Shown in pieces: positions 24,801 to 37,700 of a DNA stretch of 64,000 bases. The stretch is from the NCBI GenBank assembly GCA_040285825.1, contig JAUPSS010000003.1, positions 186,001-250,000 on the forward strand. Direction: 5' to 3'. Within the stretch, counting starts at the first letter, position 1. Every line of letters begins with the position of its first letter. Under the pieces are notes generated by a model. The model saw only the letters and a list, made by a program, of their open reading frames with translations, was not told where the DNA came from and did not search any database. The position numbers and the translations under genes were made by a program. This DNA comes from Eukaryota sp. TZLM1-RC. Its lineage: Eukaryota > Protista > Metamonada: BaSk clade.

Positions 24801-26254
24801 TCTTACTTAATCCTCTACAATTCCACAAACCCAGCTCTGATATCAACAGTATTTTTGGTATCAATTCTACGGTTAGTGAGAACCACATCAGATCCCAGCG
24901 TTCTCCATTTCTAAAATTGGAGATTTTAATAAATAACTAAATAAATGATTGCAACTATTGATTCGGCAGCGTTTTGTTCGGTTATAACAGAAGATTTGGC
25001 TAACAAATGCAACATGTCAATTAATAGAGATGATACGATTGAGTTTCAACCAGCCAATAACGTATCAAATAAATCACTAGGGAGTGCAAATGGTATTCTG
25101 TCGTTCAACGTAGGAAGCATTGAAACCAGGTACATTATAGACATACTCTTCCCATGATCCCGGGTTCGAACAAATTATAAATAGGGATAGATATGTTAAA
25201 AACACTTGAACTTCAGACAGATGATGGTCTTTTCATTAGATTAGACAAAGTACACCGCATTTTGTTAAATGCAGAATCAGAATTCGACACAAGAATCGCT
25301 CAACATTCGATTAGAACCTTAGATAACTAATTATTGAGTCCTTCCGATTTTGAGGAGCAATTAACTAGATCTGGTTGTGAGATAAAATTAGATGAAGATA
25401 ATAATAAATTAAACTTAACGAGTCTACTAGGAATTTTCAGCGATGTTTTTAGTGAAACTCCAAACAGAAAAGGAATCGATTGTAATCCTCTGACAATTCT
25501 CTTTAGAGATAAAAATGCTATAGTACATAAACCTGCTAGACGGTTAAATCCCAGAAAAATGTAATTAGCAAACAAAATATTTGATGAACTGATTGAAATG
25601 GGCTATGCAGTTGAATCTAATTATAAATTTAGCTCTCCTATCGTTTTAGTTATATATCCTGACGGCAAGAAACCCAGGCTAACTGAAGACTTTAGTGGTA
25701 AAGATGGTGCTAATGCCCACACAATTTCAGTAGAGCCTAATCTACCTAGGATTAGTGTTATTTTAAAATTTTTGTGTAGAGCAAATTTTATTGCCACGCT
25801 TGATTTACCAAAAGCTTTCTGGCAAATGACCGTAGCTGAGAAGGACATTGAGAAAACATCAATCTCAATCCCTGGAAGGTCTATTATGTTTAAAAGAGCT
25901 TGCTTCGGATTAAAGAACATTCCAGCAGTATTCCAAAACGTAATGATGGAAATTTTCCAAATTGATGGCGTTTTTATATATATTGACGATTTCATAATAG
26001 TTGAAACGACATTCGAAGAACTCTATAAGAGATTAGAAAGAGTCCTCCAATGCGCCAGAAATAGACGTGTAAATAAAGGCTTACGTAAATGTAAATTCGT
26101 AACATCTAACCACCCTATTGACATTTTGGGAAGCACCTTTCAGAATAAAACTAGATTTATAAGTAAGAAAAAGATAGAAGCCTTGATGAGAATCCCTAGA
26201 CCAAAATCAGTGAAAGAAGTTCGCTCATTGGTAGGATCCATTATCTATATTAGG

Positions 26255-27240
26255 TATATAACAATGATTCTATTTTGTTTTAAACTGGAATATTTATTGA
26301 GATAAAAAAACCCATCTAGAATTCAATATCCTCCAAACAAGCGTCACTATTACTAAACCTACTCACAGCATTACGTTCATATTCTACACCAATAGCTAAA
26401 AGTGCCCTCGAAATCTTTGTTGGAATAGACTTGAAAATGCAAAAAACAATTCTATTTAACCAGAAAGTGGAATTCATTGTTTTACCAGACCTATTCAGTA
26501 ACACTTTTGTGAAATTTTCAAAAAAGTGCAACCCTGAAGGTCCAATATTGACAAAAAGAGAAATTGCAAACGGCACAAACTGATATTTCACGTGTTCCAC
26601 TCTACCTAACTGTGCCAAAGGTTCTAGGAATACACTAAACGAGCAGCAGAATTTTTGCAAACATCAACTGAGACAACATCTACAACATTGAGAACACCAT
26701 CGATCCCTGAAGCTACTAAATCTGCCCTTCATTTACCAAAGGAATCATCAGTTTGATCTGAAGACAGCTTACGTACTTATGGCTCAATAAATGCCTCTAT
26801 ATTGAAACTTTTGCACATGGCATATAATTAATCACGAACTGAGCCATGAACAATTGAGCGATAAGTTATAAAATACTTACAGTTTAAAATATGGGAAAGC
26901 GTAACAACACTCTTGCAGCGACAAATTAAATCATTTGGTAAAGAACAAGGCCATAGAAAACATCTCATTCTCATTGCAGTGGTCCATTGGTGATCATTAA
27001 GTAGACGGCCATAAATGTTGGGAATCTGGGAGATTAGGCAACTTGAGCAACTGTCTTCAAGATCAATCAAAAAGTTTGCAAAAACGGGATTTTTTTCTTT
27101 AGCCAAGCTAAGACGTACAATATAATCCAAGTTTTCTAAAACTTTCAAGATTTTTTTTTGCAATTTTGCAAAAGTCAGTGGTAAGGAGAGCAAGCTTCTT
27201 GGAGGAAGTTCCACAATATCAATGATTCTATGGAAACTAT
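26255..27240 (-). mobile_element. Non-LTR family B fragment nested in the RT of LTR copy 1
   Basis: CRC..HILNC..RSIVHGSVRD, EAFIEP, VDVVSVD and FWLNRIVF motifs. It interrupts pol between YIR and W-LPG. Confidence 0.85.
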
Positions 27241-27400
27241 GTCTGTTTCCATCGTTTTTTTTTGAGGAGGGGCGGAGGGTGGTTTCGAGCCCGAGTCCTC
27301 GACTTTACTAGTCACTACTACTTCTCCTACTACTACTGTTTGTATGCTAATTGCAACCTGTTATGTTTTTGCATGTTAGTTTTAACGGTGTCAGTGTTTT
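27240..27400 (-). repeat. Inverted fragment of the LTR-element gag 5' region
   Basis: The reverse complement aligns to 21927-22080 and 49615-49760 (CACTGAC..AACATGCA..CTCGGGCTCGA..CCACCCTCCGCCCCTCCTCAAA). Confidence 0.85.
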
Positions 27401-29690
27401 GGCTTCCAGGTATTTCCGAAGTAATAGCTCCAATTAATGAATTAATTAAAGGGAAACCCAGAATAATTAAATGGACTAACGAGCATGACGATTACTTAAA
27501 ACAAATAAAAGATTTAATAGTTAATCACATGCTTTTAGAACTACCAACCCCCGGGAAGTGAGTACTCATTAGTACTGATGCCTCAATTGTTGCAGTAGGA
27601 GGAGTTATTTGGCAAGAAATTGAGCCCTACTCACCTGCAGGAACCCCGTTGAGTAAAGGAAAACTAAAACCTCTGTCATTTTACAGTAGATTGCCTACAG
27701 AAACACAGAAAAAATGGTCCACTTTACAAAAAGAATTATATGCAATACTTTAAATTCTAACTGAAAGTTGCTGAGAGAGCTGTCTTTTGACTAGAGATCT
27801 AACAATTTTCACCAATCATAAGAACATTGCATTCCTGGCAACTGCGCCAGAGAAAAATAGAATTGTAAAGAGATGGTTGCCGATACTGTCTGAATTCGAT
27901 TTTGACATAGTCCATGAACCTGGTGAAGATGACCACTGGACAGATATGTTATCGAGAAACATCGACCTAACTCAAGAGGAAGAACCTTCATCAATTTGCA
28001 GTATTAATAAACCAAACACGATGTACTCAAATTATGAAATACCTCCTCTAATTGACGACTCAGATTCGGAATCTGAAGATCTCCCATCAATCTCGTCACT
28101 TAGCAGACACCAAGATTTACCCATGTTTTCTTCTTGGTTCTCTAAGATTAGATCGGAACAACAGAGCGCATAAACAATAACGCAATCGAAAACGCAATTT
28201 TTGATGAAAATACTCAAATTTGGAAAAATAATAAAAATTAAATTCTGATCCCAAAAAGTCTCAGAAAACAGGCTTTATTGTTAATACATGGATTGGTTCA
28301 ATCTGGCCACCCCAGCAAAAACGACAGTCTACATAAATTGTCTAAAAGCGATTTTTTCTGGCCTGATATGAGAAAAGACCTCAAAAACCATGTCAAAAGA
28401 TGCCCAACTTGTCAAAAAACGGCACCAGTCAAACGAACAAAAACACCTTCCACAGGTTCCCTTTGGGCAGATTGTCCTTTTCTAGATTAAATGTCGATAC
28501 AATTGGACCTCTGAATACTGATAGCGATGGTAATAAATACTTGTTAGTATTTGTAGATTCATTTACTGGTTATTCAATTTTAGTCCCTTTAAAGGAACTC
28601 AATGCCTTAGAGACCACAGACGCATTAATTTGGAACGTTTGCGCAATTTTTGGCATACCTATGTTAATTCATAGTGATAATGGTCCTGAGTTCGCCAATG
28701 AGTCTTTCAAAATAGTGTGTAACAGATTAGCTATTGAGACGAGTAACTCAATACCCCACTACTCTGAAAGTAAGGGACTCGTAGAACGTAAACATAGAGA
28801 TGTTTTACAATGCTTGAGGAAATCATTAATAGAGTTTAATGATTATGGAAATTGGTCTATTTATGTACCCATATCCCAACTATTTATAAATTCTGCTAAA
28901 AGCAGAAAAACAGGTTTTACCTCATACGAACTCATGTTTGGATCTTCGATTAGTCCAAGATCGGACCCTGCAAATATATTAGGAAACTTATCAAAATTCG
29001 ATCCCAATATTCCTTTATTAAATGATATTAGATTGAAAAATATTCGTCTGCAAGAAAAAAGGGAAAAAGCAGAGCGTTACCAAACATTTAATACTCCGAC
29101 TTCAGTAGATAATACTAATTCGCGTTTTATAGTATTTAATATTGGTGATTATGTCCTTCGTAAAACCAAACAGAATAATATATTGCATGGGTCTTGGAAC
29201 GGACCATTTTTAGTAATAGATCATCCTTCCAACTCTACTTTATTATTAAAGAATCTTACCACTGGCTCCGAATTAATGGCCACTAAGAAAGATTGTACAC
29301 CCATAACGCCGAGAATTTTCAGGATATTGAATTCCTTAAGGCAGTCGCAACAGGCGATGCTGAAAAACACGTTATAGAGAAAATCCTCTCAGAATATAGT
29401 TCTGACTCAGGTAGTTTCTGTACTGTTCAATGGTTTGGCGGCAAGACAACTGAAGAGCCTCTCCATTCAGTAAAACATTCAGAAGCTTATAAGTTATTTA
29501 GTAAAGACAAGAGAAGTAGAAAAGTTGGTAAACGTACTTCCAATAGAAGAGGTCCTTCCAACGAGTCTAGCGCCCCTAAACGGCCTAGGCGTAGTAGTCG
29601 AAACAAGAACTAGTTTTAGTTTATTAGTTATTTTGTATTAGTTGAATATTCGTTATAAAGCCGATTGATTTTGAAAAAGGGGAGAAGCAG

Positions 29691-29773
29691 TGTTGGCGCC
29701 CTTAGGCTTTTATAATATGAATAGAAAATAGATCATCTTTACCTTAATCCCACTTTTCCAACCTACGGCATCA
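29691..29773 (+). repeat. 3' LTR of copy 1
   Basis: TG...CA ends, preceded by a polypurine tract and followed by TSD TCTA. Confidence 0.92.
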
Positions 29774-30149
29774 TCTACTGCTTCAGCAGATTGTTAACCA
29801 GCTCGTAGCAATACTGGAACATGGTTCACAAAGATCTTTTCACTATGTTTCTGATGTGGACCGAAGGTTGCTTCGAAAACTACCTTAAAGGAAGCAACTG
29901 ATTATATTCACAGACCATCATTTTGACCTACGGATTGTTTTGACTTTTTGTTTGATGTTGTCCATACAAAAGAGGAAGAGAATGATTGAGCAGAAATGCT
30001 TTCTAGAATAGTACTTTTCTAAGACACTCTCACGGTAAATCATCTGAGTCATTCACTTGAGCAAAAGTTTCAGTCTATTAACATACAGAGAAAACAGACG
30101 AAGTTATTTGCCTATTAGCTAAGGTAGTCGGAATTTGTGTTGAATTTAC

Positions 30150-30345
30150 TGCTGTACATGTGCCATTTATTTGTTTTATTTGGGTAAGGCTACCTGGCAT
30201 CCGTTGCGGATTTCAGTGTAGTTGTAAAAGAATGGTTGGGAAAAATTCTTCAATCGTGTTTACGAACAAAATAAGATTGTGTTTTCCAATTGTAAGGGAA
30301 TGAAGAAAAAGTTTCTGATTCACTTTCTTCTTTTTTAAAGTTTTT
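30150..30345 (+). mobile_element. Non-LTR family C 3' fragment (degenerate)
   Basis: Similar to 56240-56400. Confidence 0.65.
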
Positions 30346-30404
30346 TCTATTCGTTGGATAATAAAAATTAAATTTCTTAATTTATTGAACTTGTACACTT
30401 AACA

Positions 30405-31560
30405 AAATTAACTCATAACTGATGGGACTGAATTCATTGAACCAAGATTTTCTCTACAAAATCTTGATCTGCTTGCTGTTTAGCTAAAACTTCCCTAATT
30501 CGATTGAAAAACCGAGGCAATCTATTAATAATGGCATATTGAATTCGAAAGCGCCATCAAATGGCATCAATTCTTTTCATTGTTTTTTCTTGAACCATTT
30601 TTTTGGAAATCAATGAAAAAAGTTCCTGCTTCCACTGATAGTCACAAAAAGTGAAGAATCTGATGACTGATTTTCACAAACACCTTTTTCCAATAACAAT
30701 GAGTGGAGAATTTGATTCAAAACAGCCGAGCTGCATATATTTTTATAAAGATAATTTTCATACATTCCAGTTAACCGTTTCTGTATTGTTCGAGTAGTGC
30801 ATTATAAATTTAAATATTTTTTTCTGGAATATTGTCATTGAATGATTGGGGAAAGCATCGATACCATTTTTCTACATCGATTTTTGAAATTTCTTCATCT
30901 ACTGCACAAGAAATTTCAACAGACTGTTTTGGCAAAATAGAATTGTGTTTTCTATTTTTAAGGGGATGTTGAAGATGGTTTCTGATGCTTTGCTTTCTCT
31001 TGGATCTCACTATGAGAGAGTTGCATCTAGTGTTTTTGTTCTGGGAGAGATGGATTTTTTAGATGTTGATTTATAGGTTTTGAATAAAATTAAAATTTTG
31101 GTAAAAAAAACTTCACAAATAGTTGAACTTTGCGTTGTCATTAATAAATCATTCCAATCTGCAAATTTTTCAGAAAACTCGGTCATTGACTTTCTGCATC
31201 CACCGATAAAACCACAAGAAGTAAGAATTCATGCCGTTGTCCAAGCTAAACCGCCATAATTTGGACTAAGAAAAGCATGATTACAAATTTGGGACACTTT
31301 ACATCCTAGTAATTGTGACAAAACTTTTGTACATAATTCGTTGAACTTCTGGGCCAAAGGCCCAGTGATAAGAGGATTCCTAGATCGAAATATATGATTA
31401 TAATTGGAATTGAAACAAAGTCTTATAATGGTAAATTTGATATGTTTCTGAACATCCAATATCATCATTTGGTCAATTTTTTCAGAAAATAAATTCAACT
31501 TATCAAACAATTCTTTGGCAACTTCATCATTATTTACTAAAAACGAACCCAAATGACAAA
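30405..31560 (-). mobile_element. Non-LTR family A fragment with internal deletion and an inverted insert (30900-31100)
   Basis: Segments match 4760-5260 and 5815-6045. A plus-strand WQNRIVF-type 3' fragment of another family is inserted. Confidence 0.8.
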
Positions 31561-31729
31561 AAACATCAGTTGACTATAACTTGGCTTGAATTTCAATACC
31601 ATCAACTATTGTTGAAACTGGAGAATTTGAAAGTAAAGCACATTTATGTTGAAAATCATTTAAAAATTCTCAATTTTCCTGTTAATTTCAACGAGTTATT
31701 AATATTTGACATTTTTGTGCTATCAGCCG

Positions 31730-34700
31730 ATGTCTGCGTCAGATCAGGCCACTGTACAAGAACTGTACAATGCTCTACTTGTTGATAACGCTCCATCGCG
31801 TACCCTTCGTCAATTTGTGTCATTTTCGATCTCTCTGTTCAAGGAACAACGTTCTATTGAAACTGCATCCACGATATTGCTGTACACTCACAACTTTCAC
31901 GAAGCTCTTCTAGAAAAGGATACAATCTCTTGCCAAGAACTGACGATCATTGCAATTGAAGAGTTTTTTTGCTTTTATCTCAACTTCTGGCTGCACCATG
32001 CCCATACAATCGAGAACGAGCACTCTGCACGAGATATAGCAATGTTATTCTTTGACCACCCCTTGATGAAGACACTTCACTATCGATCATCTTTTAAACA
32101 CAGACTTGCTAACAAGATTTTCACGGAGAACACTATTAAGTCAATCGCTGCTGTTTTTACAATCCACACGCCAGTTTTCAATCTTCATGCACTTCTGCAT
32201 TTCCTCATCACTGCCGCTCCCTTTGTTCATTCCAACACGACCTCACTTCTTGCTGACAGCGTCATTGACGGCACTTGTACTTACTTTAGCCTAATCTCCG
32301 ATAAGTTACTCTCCGTAGTACCACCTTCTGAGGTGAAAAGCCTGGTTACTCGTATCCGTAACCTACTACAGTCTCTTTTCCCCAAACCCTACAATGATCT
32401 GCTCATTCAACCTGTCCAAGCTTGTTTAATCAAGTCTCTTCTTGGATCTAACCTTCTTGAAGCCAAATTGCTTGGGTTAAAGGAGCTTGGTTGTTTAATT
32501 AAGAGTTTTAAGCAGAATGAGGCTCATTATGTGTCTCTTAAACCAAAAGGACGTGTTTTTGATAGAACCTCTCTTTGTAGTTTCTGTGTTGAACTTGGAA
32601 TTGTTGAAAACATTTTTGGAAATACTGAAGTACATCCTGAATTATTGAAACGATCTGCTGCAGTTGCCGTGTTTTTGGCAGAAAATCGCCAGTTATCCAA
32701 ACAAAATCTAGAATTAATATCTATCCTTTTACGAAGAGCCCACAAGAGTATTCAATCTGACGTTAAGAATGTCCTTCTTGGCATTTGGGTCCATCTTGGT
32801 GATGAAGAAAGGCTCTTTGCTTGGAATGCGTTGAATTTTTCAGTCCAGAATATCAGTGATAATTTGGACTTCCTTCAAGAATTAATCAAGAATTCGACCA
32901 ATTCAATCACTATTGAAAACCAGTTTAGTCTATTACCTCTTTATGAGCTTGTCTGCCATCCTTCTGGTACTTGCTTCTCAATAGCTGATGCTATGGCCGA
33001 ATGTTTACTCTACCTTGGTCCATCTCACCAAGTCTTCCAATTCTACATGACAAAGTTTATGGAGAATCTGAAATCTCATCAATGTAGTGTTGGGGTTTTG
33101 ATGGTTTTTACTCGCCTTTTGCACTTAGTCTCTACTGGTAAAACGTCCTTTATTTTTGTGAAGGACATCTCACCAGAACTTTGTACTTTAGTTTTAGACG
33201 ATTTAGAAACATACATGGGCAAAGTATCTAAATCAGAAGTTGCTACCTCATCAGCTGTTATTATTGAACCTTTTTCTCACAAAGTCAACGTGGAGTCACG
33301 TTTAAACTTCCTTATAACCATTCGCCACCTAGTATCTATTCCCTTCACTGTTACTGAATTAGACAAGCTCTGGAATCTCTTGGTTGTTGAGTCGAAAAGG
33401 GTTTTCGACGTAGAATGTTTGTCAAGTTTTCTTGTAAATATCCACAGAAATGATTTATTATCCAGTGGTTTAGTTGAATTAATTTTCCAAGAACGTATTC
33501 CCCAATTGGACTTTACAATCTTTACAGTTGATATTTGGAATATGCTTTCTTACTTTTTCAACAAAATCAACCTTAATGAAGGTCGTTTGAAACCTGTGGA
33601 TGATTTATTATTTGTTTCTTATGATCAATTAATTGGCTTGGAATTAATTTGGAAAGTATTTCTTTGGTCTACCAATCGCTTGGTGGATTTAGCTTCTGAA
33701 TTATTAATTGAATTATTGAAACCGCACCCTAATTACTCGCAGTTTGCACCTGAATTGTTCCAAAAGTTTATTCAAGAATGTTTTTCCTTACTATCAGACA
33801 ACTTGAATGGGTTTAAGACAGGTAACTCAAGGTCAGAACTAGCCATTACAAGGATTCTGAATCTGTTGCTCGCTTGTCTGGAAGAGTTTGCAGATTTCAA
33901 CCCTATAATACCTCATTCGAAAGAACAAAATAAGTACAAAAATTTTGATTTTACTGTGATTTATCATAATCTGCAACAATCCCAATCATCCAGTAATCAA
34001 CTGCCAAATAAATGTTCCATCTCATTACAGTTACCTGGTAGATCTACTGTAGGCAATCTTAAATCTTGCATATTCAATCGATTAAATATTCTTGGCGAAA
34101 TTCCTCTGAGATTTGTTTATCCTTCTGAACGTTTCATTTGTGATCAAAAACCACTAGGAACATTCAATTTTCCTTCAAAAGCTTCTATCAATGTATTTGG
34201 GCCCTCCTCGGTCAAAATGAAAGTTTTTGAACAAGCATTGACTAAACAAGACTCGCTTACGTGGCACCCATCAATTTTGATCTCTAAGAATGATCCTTTC
34301 TTTACTCTGTTATGGCGTTTGTTATCTCAAGATTCCCACATTTCTACGCTATCCAAGGCAGTTTTGGAGATGCTTCCCAGTAATTCTGAGTTTATTAATC
34401 AATTAATCTTTTTAAAAACACCACTAAATCAAATTATTTCTGTAGAACCTCTAAAACTTCAGTATTTCTCTGATATAATGTTATCTTTAGCCTGTTGCTC
34501 AATCAAGGAGCTTGAATCGGGAACTGATGCAACCAAAGAGTCTTGTATGATTGATGATGAAAAGGAAGTTTATTGGAAAGAACGGTTTATTAGAAATAAT
34601 GAATTTCACTGGCTGTTGAACTTAATTGTGCAGAATTTTGATTTTGTATCACTTGAAAGCATGCATTCTGAACAATGGAGTACTTTGCAGAAGTTGGTAG

Positions 34701-37700
34701 CCTTTGTATCTAGGTTGACTTTACATCAAGATTTCAGCTTTTTGAATTTCCCAACAATTGAGGGGGAATCTTTCACTAGAGGTTCTTTGCCTCTGAAAGC
34801 TATGGATATCTCTTCTCTTCCTGATATGAATTCGCTTGGAAAATTTTGCTGTTGGTTGTATAATACAGCTTCTATGAGACCAGAGGATTTTAATCTTGTG
34901 GAAGCGTGTCTGTTGCTGATTTGTGGTTTTATAGCTGAAAAACCAGAATTGCTCAACACCATTTTTAGTGAAATCAATTTCCAAAATGTTCAATCACGGC
35001 TAATTAGCTCAGATTGTATCTCTATAAGAGAAATGGCACGAGATGCTTTGCTTTTCATAACCAATAGAAGCAGAGAACACGTGTGCTCGAATCCTCCCAG
35101 CGTACCTGCTTGGACTTCTAAGGTGGTCACCATGGTTGATCTAGTGGTTTTCCAGTTGTTTGAAATTGCTCAGAACCTTGACCTTAGCAAAACCAAGGAA
35201 CTTTATGAAGTTATTTTGAGGTCAATTCACCAATTAATTAGTTTCCATTCATGTCAGAATTTTGACAAACTGGCAGATGAAATCCTCAATGGTTTAATTG
35301 AGCAGGGTTGTCAGGAATTTGATTCAAAATCACCTCCTGACTGGCAGTTCATTGGGCGCGTGCGGTTGCTTTCAATCATTTGTCGTGATTGCAAATCAGT
35401 TGCCGTTAATTTTGTCTTACCTCACCCACAATTTACTCAGTTTTTGCTCAATGATTGTCTTTTTTCTACTTCTAATCAAGAAGATCAATCCAGACCTCTT
35501 TGTAAAACGATTGACTCGAAAGGATCTGTTTATAAGTTGTTATTAATTTTGTCAGATTTAGATCAGAACATCAGAATGCTTTGCTTCACAGTTATTGATT
35601 CGAATATGAAATTCTTCAATAGTTTAGAGTCACCTTGGCCAAAGTCTTGGACCTATAACCCTTTGGCAAATGAAAGAAAGGCTAATTGTTTCTGTGGGTT
35701 GCGAAATCTTTCAGCTACTTGCTATCTCAATTCTTTAATTCAGCAATTATATGTGATTCCAGGATTTAGGTACGATGTTTTGAATTGTGACTTCCCTCAG
35801 AGCACTGGTTCCATCAATTCAACAAATAAGGTTGTTCAATTGCAATCATTATTCGCATCTATGGAACTTTCTATTTGCAAGTTTGTTGATACTCAGTCTT
35901 TTGTTGCAAACATGGAAGACCCAGATGGCCAGCCGCTAAATCCCTATATTCAAATGGATCTACATGAGTTCTTAAGTTATCTTTTTGATAAAATTGGGGA
36001 AGAAATGAGGAAATCTAACTTAAAGCTGGACCTTTTTGAGCACTATTTTGGGGGAACCCTTCAACACCAGATCATTAGTCAAGAATGCCCCCACGAATCT
36101 CTACGTAAAGAAAACTTTGTTGCTTTATCGGTGCCTGTTCATGGGAGGTCTTCTCTTGATTCTTGTCTTGATCTTCTGGTTGAGGTTGATGTCCTGGATG
36201 GTTCTAATAAGTTTAGTTGCGAGGATTGTAGTAAAAAAGTGGCCGCTGGTAAGAATTTAGTTTTGGATTCTCTACCAAACACCTTATTTGTTCATCTGCG
36301 GAGGTTTGATTTTGATTTTGAACAAATGAAAAAAATCAAAGTATATGACAGGGTTGAGTTTCCTTTAGAAATGTCCTTTTATAAGTGGTCAAGTCAAGTC
36401 AACGACCCAGATTACTATGATTTTGAGCTCTCTGGTGTTATTGTTCATGCAGGATCCTCTGATAGTGGTCATTATTACTCATTTGCCAGGAACCGAGAAA
36501 CAAATACTTGGTTTCTCTTCAATGATTCCTTCGTTGACGCAGTAGATTTTACCAAGAACTACCAGAATTGGTGCTTTGGGGGCTCTGCTACTGAAAGTTT
36601 CAGGGATCCTGCTACTCTAAGGGATGTTCCCTCAGGAGAAAGTCTGGTTTTTTCTGCCTATATTCTTGTTTATGAGAGGAAGAATAGTGTTACTGATGGT
36701 GGTAACCCAAAAGTTCCTTTGACCAAGTCAAAAACCGTTCCAGAACATTTTTCACGGTCTATTTGGGAGAATAATAATTTATTTCAAAGAAGATTGGCTG
36801 TTTATGAACCTTGTTTTCAGTCTTTCTTTGTTAACCTTTGCAGCTATTCCATCATGAGTTTTTTGAAGAATGTTGCTGGGCAGGGTATGGTTGAAATGTT
36901 TCAGAGACTTTATGCGAAATCCATGGATATTTCAACACAATTAAAGGGAACAAACTCTTCACAAATGTTGTCTAAAAGTAATTGTGACTTGTCAGTTTTT
37001 GATCTTCATGATGCCAACTTTGTTGATTTTTTCAAAAAGTTCAACTTGAGTTCTTTGTTAAGTAAAGACCAAGTTGGTTCTTTGTTTGAAATTTTTGAAA
37101 CTCTCACGAATACCTACTTTTACTCCTTTGTTCACTCTTCTAACAGAGAGTTTCTGCCTCAAATGGAAACTTTATTGGGATTTTTATGCTTGATATCCAG
37201 AGATGTTTCTTTAAATTTTGTAGGTAATATGATTCAATTCTCTGCTGTAAATGGTGTTTTGAGCTCTTTTCCTCATATTTTGATCTCTTCTTCGGTACCA
37301 ATTGTGCGTCAAAATTTTGCTAGAATTTTCAACATTGCTATGTATGTCTGTTTTTCTGTCGAAAAGGATCTTCTTTCGTCACTCAATCAATCTGAAACTC
37401 AGAAAATTGATTGTGATCAATCTGTTGTGGTGAAGTTTATCCATCGTTGGAGCTCTTGCTTGAACTTATCCAGAATTCATTGGAGAAATTATGAAGAATT
37501 TTTCGAGGTACTTTATCATCTTTGTTCGTTAGATCTCTGTATTCCCCAGTTACTGATGAAATTGGACCTACCAACAGAATTGATTAAATATTTGGTTGCT
37601 GATTATACTAATTTCTTTCCCTTTCCGTTCCCTATTGAATTCGAAAAACACTTGGGTGATGATAAAGTTAGAGCTGATTATGACCCTATCTTTAAACTAC

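Larger units (their letters stand above)
21739..29773 (+). mobile_element. Ty3/gypsy chromovirus-like LTR retrotransposon, copy 1 (defective)
   Basis: 83-bp LTRs at 21739-21821 and 29691-29773, TSD TCTA, PPT at 29673-29690. Encodes gag, protease (IDSAA), RT (YIDD), RNase H (TDAS), integrase (HSDNGPEF), GPF motif and a chromodomain-like tail. Many stops. Confidence 0.95.

Noticed and set aside
27559-28173. Stop-codon reassignment suggested by stops shared between LTR copies
   Set aside because: Host genes up to 2287 codons have no internal stops and end in TAA, TAG and TGA. The shared tract also contains a frameshift.
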